Shown: in pieces, positions 17,814 to 25,976 of the stretch
Numbering within the stretch: the stretch's first letter is position 1
Layout of the letters: each line of letters begins with the position of its first letter
IMG/VR virus record: IMGVR_UViG_3300029996_000255
Length of the DNA stretch: 27,595 nt
Strand: one strand, 5' to 3'
Source: a virus
Lineage: Duplodnaviria > Heunggongvirae > Uroviricota > Caudoviricetes
Notes under the pieces: generated by a model
Database searches by the model: none
What the model was told of the DNA's origin: nothing
What the model saw: only the letters and a program-made list of their open reading frames with translations
Translations under genes and position numbers: made by a program

Positions 17814-17826
17814 ATGTTCATTTCAT
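17809..17826. repeat. Intergenic site H: AGTAAA-TGTTCA-TTTCAT
   Basis: Overlaps the thyX TAA stop and directly abuts SD AGGAGGTG. Confidence 0.7.
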
Positions 17827-17840
17827 AGGAGGTGATTAAT

Positions 17841-18053
17841 ACGAGAGATCCAAATAGATTATATAACTTTTACAACGAAGTAACCCGATTACACATGACA
17901 TACATGCCTGATTGGAGAGTTGGTCAGTTTTGGATGAACTTTTTAGGCTGGGTGCAAAATGTAAAGAAACGAGATCCGTTCTTCCCAGAAGAGTCAGAAA
18001 TGCTTACATACTTAAAAGAATATTGTGGAGAAGAGGAGGAAGTAAATGGATAA
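17841..18053 (+). CDS. Hypothetical phage protein (M-RDPNRL...PDWRVGQF), probable ACG start
   Basis: The track's GTG 17832 lies inside SD AGGAGGTG. An in-frame ACG lies 6 nt downstream of the SD. Confidence 0.7.
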   Translation, partial: TRDPNRLYNFYNEVTRLHMTYMPDWRVGQFWMNFLGWVQNVKKRDPFFPEESEMLTYLKEYCGEEEEVNG

Positions 18054-20016
18054 GTTAGAAAGAATAAAACAACTTATTAAAGAGTTGAATAATGCATCAT
18101 ATGCTTATTATAATCAAGTACCAATAATGCCAGATTATGAATGGGATAAAATGTATGATGAATTAGTAAATCTCGAAGAAGAGACTGGTATTGTTGTATT
18201 ATCTAACAGTCCAACACATAACGTTGGTTATTCAGTTGCAGACGAATTAAAAGAAGTAGAGCACAATCATCCAATGCTTTCACTTGATAAAACAAAATCA
18301 GTAGATGAGTTAATTGAATTTATTAAAAATAAGGATTGCTTCTTATCTGTTAAAGCTGATGGTTTAACCACGTCTCTTCATTATATTAATGGTAAGTTAA
18401 TTGGTGCAGAAACTAGGGGCGATGGAGTGAGAGGTACTGAATGCCTTCAGAATGTATTAACAATGAAAAACGTACCAAAGGAAATTACATATAAGGATGA
18501 ACTTATTATTGATGGCGAAACAATTATTGGATGGGATACTTTCAGAGAGATTAATGATAAACTTTCAGAAGATAAGAAATATAAGCACCCAAGGAATCTC
18601 GTATCTGGTTCATTACAATTGCTCGATAGTAAGGAAGCTGCAAACAGAAATATGAGATTTGTCGCTTGGAGAGTAATTAAGGGATTTGAACATAAAATGC
18701 CAAGTAAAGATTTGTTTGAAGCTAAAGATATTGGATTTGAGATTATACCGATATTAAAATCACCTAGAATTAATCAGAAAAAAGAGTTAGTAATCTTATT
18801 AAATCAAATAAGAGAATCAGCAAACTCACATAATATTCCTTATGATGGAGCTGTTATGGCGATTGATGATTATAAAATTGCAGAGTCTATGGGAAGAACG
18901 GATAAATTCTTCCGACATTCGATGGCATATAAATATGAAGATGAATTATTTGAAACAGTGCTTACAGATATTGAATGGAATACCTCTAAGACAGGCTTAA
19001 TTAATCCTGTGGCAATCTTCAAGCCAGTTGACTTAAATGGAGCAATTACCACAAGAGCAACGCTTCACAACATTACATATATTAAAGATATGATGCTTGG
19101 TATTGGAGATAGAATTAGGGTTTATCGTTCAAATATGGTTATTCCTAAAGTACACGATAGCATTGATAAGAGTGGTAATTTTAAAATTCCTAACAAGTGT
19201 CCTATTTGCGGTCAACCTACAAGAATTGTTAAAGAAAATGACTCTGAGGTACTTATGTGCGAAAATCCAGACTGCAAGGGCAAACTCTTGGGTAAATTGG
19301 TTCACGCAGCAAGCCGAAATGCGTTAGATATTGAAAATCTTTCAGAATCTACAATAGAAAAATTCATTAATCTTGGTTGGCTAAACTCAATTAAGGATAT
19401 TTATCATTTATCAGACTATGAAAATGAAATGAAAGCTTTAGAAGGCTTTGGTAAAAGATCTGTTGAAAAACTTCTTAACTCTATTGAAGAGTCTCGTAAT
19501 ACAAATCTTCAGCGTTTTCTTTATAGTTTATCAATCCCATTGCTCGGCAAATCAGCAAGTATGATGATTGCAGAAGCAGTTGATTATGATGTTCAAGAGT
19601 TTGCTTCTATTATGTATGATAAGGGTGCAAAATTCTTTAGGTATTTACCAGGTGTTGGTGATGCAATTATTGATTCGTTGCAAACTTATTGGAATAAAAA
19701 TGAATCAGAGTTTATGTCTTTAACATTTGAATTACATTTTGAGAAAAAGAAAAATCCAATAAATCTAATATTAAATAATACTTCACTTGATGGTAAAACA
19801 TTTGTTGTAACTGGCTCAGTACATCATTATAAAAATCGTGATGAATTAAAAGCCGATATAGTTACTCATGGCGGTACAGTCGTAGGTTCTGTAAGTTCTA
19901 AAACATCTTATCTTATTAACAATGATATCAATTCAACTTCATCTAAAAATCAGAAAGCAAAATTGCTTAATATTCCAATTATTTCAGAAGAAGAATTCCT
20001 TTCTATGATCCAGTAG
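18046..20016 (+). CDS. ligA: NAD-dependent DNA ligase
   Basis: AYY...DYEWD, HPMLSL, KADG adenylation motif, TRGDG, AYKY, a CPIC...C...C Zn finger, HhH repeats and a BRCT domain (GKTFVVTG). Confidence 0.96.
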   Translation: MDKLERIKQLIKELNNASYAYYNQVPIMPDYEWDKMYDELVNLEEETGIVVLSNSPTHNVGYSVADELKEVEHNHPMLSLDKTKSVDELIEFIKNKDCFLSVKADGLTTSLHYINGKLIGAETRGDGVRGTECLQNVLTMKNVPKEITYKDELIIDGETIIGWDTFREINDKLSEDKKYKHPRNLVSGSLQLLDSKEAANRNMRFVAWRVIKGFEHKMPSKDLFEAKDIGFEIIPILKSPRINQKKELVILLNQIRESANSHNIPYDGAVMAIDDYKIAESMGRTDKFFRHSMAYKYEDELFETVLTDIEWNTSKTGLINPVAIFKPVDLNGAITTRATLHNITYIKDMMLGIGDRIRVYRSNMVIPKVHDSIDKSGNFKIPNKCPICGQPTRIVKENDSEVLMCENPDCKGKLLGKLVHAASRNALDIENLSESTIEKFINLGWLNSIKDIYHLSDYENEMKALEGFGKRSVEKLLNSIEESRNTNLQRFLYSLSIPLLGKSASMMIAEAVDYDVQEFASIMYDKGAKFFRYLPGVGDAIIDSLQTYWNKNESEFMSLTFELHFEKKKNPINLILNNTSLDGKTFVVTGSVHHYKNRDELKADIVTHGGTVVGSVSSKTSYLINNDINSTSSKNQKAKLLNIPIISEEEFLSMIQ

Positions 20017-20056
20017 ATTAGATTTTGTTCGTTATAGAAGGAGGTGACAAAGAAAC

Positions 20057-20293
20057 GTGAATTATATAAATGCAGGTAAGTTAAGAAGTTTTCTCGAAAA
20101 TGTTCCTTCAAATTCTTATGTAGCTGTAGGTACAAGAGAGAATAATGAAATAGAAGAAATTAGACAAGAATCTGGCATTGTTGATATGAATATAAAATCT
20201 GTCGGATTCGATACTAATAATTCTAATGAAGTATATGTCAAATTATATACAAATAAATATAGCGGAAGTGGGTGTTTAAGATTTACAAGATAA
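20057..20293 (+). CDS. Hypothetical protein, 78 aa
   Basis: SD AAGGAGGTG with a GTG start. Confidence 0.65.
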   Translation: MNYINAGKLRSFLENVPSNSYVAVGTRENNEIEEIRQESGIVDMNIKSVGFDTNNSNEVYVKLYTNKYSGSGCLRFTR

Positions 20294-20967
20294 GCAATAT
20301 GGCTATATCTCTCGTATTAGCAAGCACGCTTGTCGCCCCTTTGAGGGCAGAAAACATACAAGCTATAACTGCTAATGCAGCACAGATTAACTATTATGAA
20401 TCACATTTTTATGTAAAAACCAGAGAAAAAATGCTTCAACGACAACTAGAAATGAATAAATGCCAAAAAAATATAGCAACAGAGAATAATGAAGAGGATG
20501 ATACAACTCCTGTCATTATAGAAGAAACTTATTATATTGATATGGATGTACCAGGAACTAAACCATTCAAATCATATATGGATGCAAGGTTGATAACAAG
20601 TACAAATTCAGCACAATATAAGCTTAAGTCTGAGTATGAGCTTGATGATTCAGGTATCTATATGGTTGATGGACGCTATGCTTGTGCTATCGGTTCTTAT
20701 TATAGTACGGAGATAGGTACAAAATTTGATGTTGTTATGGAATCAGGCGAAGTAATTCCTTGTATTCTCGCAGATTGTAAGGCAGATGAACATACAGATA
20801 GTTTAGGACAGTATACAGTTAGCAATGGTTCTATAGTTGAATTTATAGTACACACGCCAACATTAATCCCTAATATTTCTAATCGTTGGGGTAATACGGG
20901 CGATGTATCTACTTTAGGTGGAATTTTTGAAGGTGAAATAGCTTACATAAGAATGTATTTTGATTAA
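20272..20967 (+). CDS. Secreted protein with C-terminal 3D / double-psi-barrel-like peptidoglycan-related domain
   Basis: N-terminal signal-like segment, coiled and acidic linker, then GRYACAIGSYY...GTKFDV...CILAD and IVEFIV. Confidence 0.5.
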   Translation: MFKIYKISNMAISLVLASTLVAPLRAENIQAITANAAQINYYESHFYVKTREKMLQRQLEMNKCQKNIATENNEEDDTTPVIIEETYYIDMDVPGTKPFKSYMDARLITSTNSAQYKLKSEYELDDSGIYMVDGRYACAIGSYYSTEIGTKFDVVMESGEVIPCILADCKADEHTDSLGQYTVSNGSIVEFIVHTPTLIPNISNRWGNTGDVSTLGGIFEGEIAYIRMYFD

Positions 20968-20981
20968 GTAAGGAATGGAAT

Positions 20982-21221
20982 ATGTTAGAAACAACAGCAG
21001 TTATTAGATTAGACAATATTAAAAGAATAAAAGATTTTGTAGATATAGTGTCTAAATATGATGAAGAAATAACAATTAAATCACACAGATATGAAGTTAA
21101 TGCAAAATCTATTATGGCAATATTTTCACTTAACTTGTTAGAACTGGTAAATGTTTGTCTATATTGTGATGATAGAAATGTGGTTGAAAGATTTATAAAA
21201 GATATGGAGGGATTCGAGTGA
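20982..21221 (+). CDS. HPr-family protein lacking the His15 motif
   Basis: DFVDIVSKYDEEITI...VNAKSIMAIFSL (Ser46 signature). No GLHARP motif. Confidence 0.85.
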   Translation: MLETTAVIRLDNIKRIKDFVDIVSKYDEEITIKSHRYEVNAKSIMAIFSLNLLELVNVCLYCDDRNVVERFIKDMEGFE

Positions 21222-21808
21222 TTGTATTAGTTGGAAAAAGCTGTTCAGGGAAAGATAGTGTAGCAAAAATATTGTACTCTATGGGATATTCAAGGGTTGC
21301 CACCTGTACAACAAGACCTATGAGAATAGGAGAGACTGATGGTGTAGATTATTATTTCATCACCCAGTTTGAATTTATGAATATGATCGAAAAAGGCGAT
21401 TTTGCAGAATATAGAGAATACGAAACTGAAAAAGGAATGTGGTTATATGGCAGTCGTTTAGATGATTATAAATATGCATCTAATAAGGTCATTATTTTAA
21501 CCCCTGAAGGTCTTGAAAATATTAAGAAGAAATATCCTTATTTACCTATTGTTTCTATATACCTTGAGGTATCTAATAAAGAACTTAAAAAGAGAATGTT
21601 CATGCGTTCCAATGGTTCTATTGAAGACACCAAAGAAAACAAGCGTAGATATAAAGCTGATAAGAAAGATTTCAAGCATATTAAGAAGTATGTTGATTAT
21701 GTAGTGAATAATGAATTAAGGGATGCTTACGATACTGCTCATATCTGTAAGGAGTTAGATGAAATTGAAAAAAGAAAACATAGAAAGAATTTATTGTGGA
21801 AATCGTAA
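21218..21808 (+). CDS. gmk: Guanylate kinase
   Basis: GKSCSGKD, TTRPMRIGETDGVDYYF and WLYG motifs. Confidence 0.92.
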   Translation: MIVLVGKSCSGKDSVAKILYSMGYSRVATCTTRPMRIGETDGVDYYFITQFEFMNMIEKGDFAEYREYETEKGMWLYGSRLDDYKYASNKVIILTPEGLENIKKKYPYLPIVSIYLEVSNKELKKRMFMRSNGSIEDTKENKRRYKADKKDFKHIKKYVDYVVNNELRDAYDTAHICKELDEIEKRKHRKNLLWKS

Positions 21809-21962
21809 TTGTCCATATATAGATTGTGTAAGACATAATAAGAACACACCGTTTAATGTCCAATTCCTTAGAGAAAATTATAGCTTAGATAAAAATGGTG
21901 AATGTAAATACAAATTAAGCGATTGGAGGATTGATTATGTTAATAGAGACTACAGAAATTAA
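21759..21962 (+). CDS. Small Cys-rich hypothetical protein
   Basis: SD AAGGAG. Contains YCGNRNCPYIDCVRH...C. Confidence 0.65.
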   Translation: MKLKKENIERIYCGNRNCPYIDCVRHNKNTPFNVQFLRENYSLDKNGECKYKLSDWRIDYVNRDYRN

Positions 21963-22065
21963 TATGAATAATATTACTGTTAGCGATTGTATAGAATTGT
22001 TTGAATGTAAGAATACAAGAGTCGTTATTAGTGATGGTAATGTTGTTGAATTTGAGGAGGAATAA
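21937..22065 (+). CDS. 42-aa acidic hypothetical protein (MLIETTEINMNNITVSDCIELFECKNTRVVISDGNVVEFEEE), absent from the ORF track
   Basis: SD GGAGGA. Fills the gap before nrdD. Confidence 0.65.
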   Translation: MLIETTEINMNNITVSDCIELFECKNTRVVISDGNVVEFEEE

Positions 22066-22068
22066 ATA

Positions 22069-24225
22069 TTGAAGGTAATTAAAAGAGATTGTTTAGAAGT
22101 TAATTTTGATAAATCAAAAATATCATCCGCAATTCTTAAAGCTATGAAAAATGGATCTGGTATTGTAAAGCCTAAGATTGCGAAAGACATTGCAGATGAA
22201 ATCGAAAATGAGTGTAAGGATAAAGAAGAAATAAGTATCTCTGATATTGAATCAATGGTTTATGATAAATTGATTACTAAGAAGCAGAGACTTACTGCAA
22301 AAGCATACGAAGGATATAGAAGTATTCGTGAGTTTCAGAGAGAAAACGAGAATACAACGGATTCCGAGGTTGATGAACTGTTAGATGGTGAAAGCGAATA
22401 TTGGAATACTGAAAATTCCAATAAGAACTCAAAAGTATTAAATACTCAGCGTGATTATATGGCAGGAATTGTTAGTAAAGATATTTCTCGTAGATTTTTA
22501 CTTCCACCAGAAGTTGTACAAGCACACGATGAAGGTATTATTCATTTCCACGATATTGACTATTTTGGTATGAATGCGATGAGTAACTGCTCACTTATTA
22601 ATCTTGAAGATATGTTACAGAATGGTACTTGTATTAACAAGGTAATGATTGAAAAACCACATAGATTTATTACTGCTTGTACAATCGCCACTCAGATTAT
22701 TCTTGGTGTTACGTCACTTCAGTATGGAGGGGCTACAATTACTCTTACACATTTAGCACCATTTGTAAGAGATAGTTACAACAAATACTATGAGAAATAT
22801 AAGTCATGGGGATTTTCTGATGAAGATTGTAAGAGATATGCAGAATCTGATACTAAAAAAGAAGTAGCAGATGGTGTTCAGACTTTTAACTATCAGTGCA
22901 ATTCTATGTCTAACTCAAATGGGCAGTCTCCTTTTTTGAGTGTATTCATGTATCTTGGAGAGACTACAGAGTATAAGAAAGAACTCGCAATGATTATTGA
23001 AGAGTTTCTTAATCAGAGATTACTTGGTCTTAAAAATGAAGTTGGCGTATATGTCACACAGGCATTTCCAAAACTTCTCTATGTCTTAGAAGAAGATAAT
23101 ATTCATGAAAATTCCCCTTATTGGTATTTAACAAAACTTGCAGCTAAGTGTACTGCAAAAAGAATGAATCCTGATTATATTTCAGAGAAGATTATGAAGA
23201 AATATAAAGAAGGTAACTGTTTTCCATGTATGGGCTGCCGTAGTTTTCTTTCACCTTATAAAGATGAGAATGATAAGCCTAAATTCTACGGAAGATTCAA
23301 TCAAGGTGTTGTAACATTGAATCTTGTTGATGTAGCGTTATCATCTGAAGGCGATTATGAAAAGTTTTGGGATTTGATGGAACAGAGAACAGAATTATGT
23401 CATAAAGCATTACTTTGCAGGCATAAACGATTAGAAGGAACATTATCTGATGTCGCACCTATATTATGGCAGTATGGAGCATTTGCAAGACTTAAAAAAG
23501 GTGAAAAGATTGATAAGTTGCTTCATAATGGATACGCAAGTATTTCTCTTGGATATGCAGGTTTATATGAATGTGTAAAATATATGACTGGTAAATCACA
23601 TATTGATTCACAGGAAGGTCATGATTTTGGCATTAAAGTAATGCAGTTTATGAACGATAAATGTGACCAGTGGAATAAAGAACATTATATTGGATTTTCA
23701 ATTTACGGATCTCCAATCGAAAACACAACGTATAAATTTGCGAAGTGTCTACAGAAACGCTTTGGAATTATTAAAGGTATTACAGATAGAAATTATATCA
23801 CAAACAGTTATCATACATTTGTAAAAGAACCAATTAATGCATTTGATAAACTTGCTAAAGAATCAGAATTTCAGGCGTTATCACTTGGAGGTGCAATATC
23901 TTATGTTGAAACAGATGGATTGGTAAATAATGTAGATGCTATTTTGGAAATGAACAAATTCATCTACGACCATATCATGTATGCAGAAGAAAATACAAAG
24001 TCTGATTACTGTCAGGTTTGTGGTTACGACGGTGAAATCAAAATTATTGATGAATGTGGCGAACTTATTTGGGAATGCCCAAATTGCCACAATAGAGATA
24101 AAGACAAGATGAATGTAGCTAGAAGGACTTGCGGATATATTGGAACTAATTACTGGGGAAAAGGACGTACTCAGGAAATTAAGGAGAGATATGTTCATAC
24201 GACAGATATTGCGGAGGATTTATAA
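22069..24225 (+). CDS. nrdD: Anaerobic (class III) ribonucleoside-triphosphate reductase
   Basis: ATP cone (VIKRD...FDKSKI), IHFHD, NCSL, MGCRS, CQVC/CPNC Zn site and the glycyl-radical motif RRTCGYIG. Confidence 0.97.
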   Translation: MKVIKRDCLEVNFDKSKISSAILKAMKNGSGIVKPKIAKDIADEIENECKDKEEISISDIESMVYDKLITKKQRLTAKAYEGYRSIREFQRENENTTDSEVDELLDGESEYWNTENSNKNSKVLNTQRDYMAGIVSKDISRRFLLPPEVVQAHDEGIIHFHDIDYFGMNAMSNCSLINLEDMLQNGTCINKVMIEKPHRFITACTIATQIILGVTSLQYGGATITLTHLAPFVRDSYNKYYEKYKSWGFSDEDCKRYAESDTKKEVADGVQTFNYQCNSMSNSNGQSPFLSVFMYLGETTEYKKELAMIIEEFLNQRLLGLKNEVGVYVTQAFPKLLYVLEEDNIHENSPYWYLTKLAAKCTAKRMNPDYISEKIMKKYKEGNCFPCMGCRSFLSPYKDENDKPKFYGRFNQGVVTLNLVDVALSSEGDYEKFWDLMEQRTELCHKALLCRHKRLEGTLSDVAPILWQYGAFARLKKGEKIDKLLHNGYASISLGYAGLYECVKYMTGKSHIDSQEGHDFGIKVMQFMNDKCDQWNKEHYIGFSIYGSPIENTTYKFAKCLQKRFGIIKGITDRNYITNSYHTFVKEPINAFDKLAKESEFQALSLGGAISYVETDGLVNNVDAILEMNKFIYDHIMYAEENTKSDYCQVCGYDGEIKIIDECGELIWECPNCHNRDKDKMNVARRTCGYIGTNYWGKGRTQEIKERYVHTTDIAEDL

Positions 24226-24767
24226 TGAGATACGCACAGATTAGATCTATGGATATTTCTAATGGAGAGGGAGTAGGAGTCTCCCTCTTCGTCCAAGGTT
24301 GTCCATTTCACTGTAAAAACTGTTTTAATTCTGATACATGGGATTTTAATGGTGGTAAAGAATGGACAGAAGAAATAAAAGATAGATTTATGAAATTAAT
24401 TGATAGACCATATATTAAACGAATATCATTTCTTGGTGGTGAGTGTTTAGCAGAACAGAATCTTGATGAAGTCCTCAAATTAGTCCAAGAAATCCGTATT
24501 TCATTTCCTAAGAAATCTATTTGGTTATATACGGGATATGAATTATCAGAGATTATAAAGCAAGAACAATACGAGAAAGTTAGTGGAATACCTAGTGTTT
24601 GGTCAAAACGATGGAAGATAATTTCTAATATAGATGTGCTTGTTGACGGAGAATATATAGATGAGCAGAAAGACCTTACATTGAAATGGCGAGGCAGCAA
24701 GAACCAAAACTGTATTGATGTGAAACAATCTCTTGCTCAAAACAAAGTAGTTTTATATTGTGATTAG
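24225..24767 (+). CDS. nrdG: Anaerobic RNR activating protein (radical SAM)
   Basis: NGEGVGVSLFVQGCPFHCKNCFN, LGGE, WLYTGY, DVLVDG and RGSKNQ motifs. Confidence 0.96.
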   Translation: MRYAQIRSMDISNGEGVGVSLFVQGCPFHCKNCFNSDTWDFNGGKEWTEEIKDRFMKLIDRPYIKRISFLGGECLAEQNLDEVLKLVQEIRISFPKKSIWLYTGYELSEIIKQEQYEKVSGIPSVWSKRWKIISNIDVLVDGEYIDEQKDLTLKWRGSKNQNCIDVKQSLAQNKVVLYCD

Positions 24768-24779
24768 GAGGCAATTAAT

Positions 24780-25031
24780 ATGTCTTATGTAGATATTGCA
24801 AATGAAGAATTATCTGGGGTTCAGATTGATGGTGAAGACTATTATGTTGCGTTGCGTAACCTTGAAAACAAGTATGGGTATGATGAAGATATTGCAACAA
24901 TAATTGGAATGTGTAACCAATGGGAAAATAGCTTTCATAAAATGGAAGGTCGTTGCAATGAAATTATTAGTGCAACAACTTTATATGAAGCACAAATTAA
25001 ATCTATATTAGAAAAAATAGAGGATAAATAA
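24780..25031 (+). CDS. Hypothetical protein, 83 aa
   Basis: SD AGGAGG. Confidence 0.75.
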   Translation: MSYVDIANEELSGVQIDGEDYYVALRNLENKYGYDEDIATIIGMCNQWENSFHKMEGRCNEIISATTLYEAQIKSILEKIEDK

Positions 25032-25032
25032 A

Positions 25033-25092
25033 ATGAACTTATGGACAACAATTCTAGGAATAATTATAGGACTTATAATAAGTCATTTTTAA
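25033..25092 (+). CDS. Candidate 19-aa single-TM micropeptide MNLWTTILGIIIGLIISHF
   Basis: ATG starts 2 nt after the upstream stop, GAGGA lies upstream, and the peptide is uniformly hydrophobic. Confidence 0.45.
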   Translation: MNLWTTILGIIIGLIISHF

Positions 25093-25116
25093 CGCTAAAT
25101 AAAAGGAAGAATAACA

Positions 25117-25392
25117 ATGACTAAAGAAGATGTAAGGAAGGGCATGGTTTTATACTATGCCCGAATATTAAAAGCTGTAGGCATATACGAAGTAAGTGAG
25201 TTACTTATAAGAACAGTAGAAGATGATTATTTTGTTGGTGTTGATAAGCGTGATAAACATGTATATTTATTTTCATATAATAATCTTAACCAATTAATAT
25301 TTAACGATAGACAAAAATGTTTAGATACTGTATTAGACAGTGAAAAGAATGCACCTAAAATAAGTAGCGAAAAAGAATATGAAGAATATTAG
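25117..25392 (+). CDS. Hypothetical protein, 91 aa
   Basis: SD AAAGGA and an uninterrupted ORF. Confidence 0.75.
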   Translation: MTKEDVRKGMVLYYARILKAVGIYEVSELLIRTVEDDYFVGVDKRDKHVYLFSYNNLNQLIFNDRQKCLDTVLDSEKNAPKISSEKEYEEY

Positions 25393-25409
25393 TAAGGCAC
25401 AATGATAAA

Positions 25410-25970
25410 ATGATATATGAAATTAAAGATTTAACTAAAATAACAACTTATAGCACTTTGGCTAAAGAGTTAAATGAAACCAATGAAGCATTTTATGAAT
25501 ATGTATCTGATTATATTTTTTCAAAGATAGTAAACTCTCAGATATCGCATAATTTGTTTAAATATGAACGATTTATTCAATTTTTAAAAAGAAGATATTT
25601 TAATGATTGTAACAATACAGAATTAATATATACAATTGGACTATGTGTTTCGACAATTGAAATTTGTAAACATCAATATAATCATTTATACAATGAATAC
25701 AACACAAATAATATAATAAAAGAGTTATTGCAAGATGATAATAAGAAGAAAATAATTCTAAAAATATATAATAACCCTGATATACATTTAATAAAATTAA
25801 TTAATGATCTTGATATTACGCTTGAAAATGAATCATCCGAAAAACACACATTAATAATAGAACACATTAATACATTAATAGATTTAGGTATGATAATAAA
25901 TTATAACAAAATTTTATCTGCATCTCCCATATTAGTGCGATATATACAGAATAATAAAGTAAAGGAGTGA
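25410..25970 (+). CDS. Very AT-rich hypothetical protein with possible C-terminal winged helix
   Basis: 186-aa ORF rich in Ile, Asn and Tyr. C-terminal KIILKIYNNP...HINTLIDLGMI resembles a wHTH. Confidence 0.6.
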   Translation: MIYEIKDLTKITTYSTLAKELNETNEAFYEYVSDYIFSKIVNSQISHNLFKYERFIQFLKRRYFNDCNNTELIYTIGLCVSTIEICKHQYNHLYNEYNTNNIIKELLQDDNKKKIILKIYNNPDIHLIKLINDLDITLENESSEKHTLIIEHINTLIDLGMIINYNKILSASPILVRYIQNNKVKE

Positions 25971-25976
25971 TTAAGT

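Noticed and set aside
13597..17826. Repeats as a CRISPR array or as intrinsic terminators
   Set aside because: Spacing is gene-sized and irregular and no cas genes are present. The stems are only 4-6 AT-rich bp without U-tracts.
7996..24225. Inteins or introns in dnaE, recD2, ligA or nrdD
   Set aside because: Lengths are ordinary, motifs are contiguous, and no splice-junction or homing endonuclease signatures were seen.
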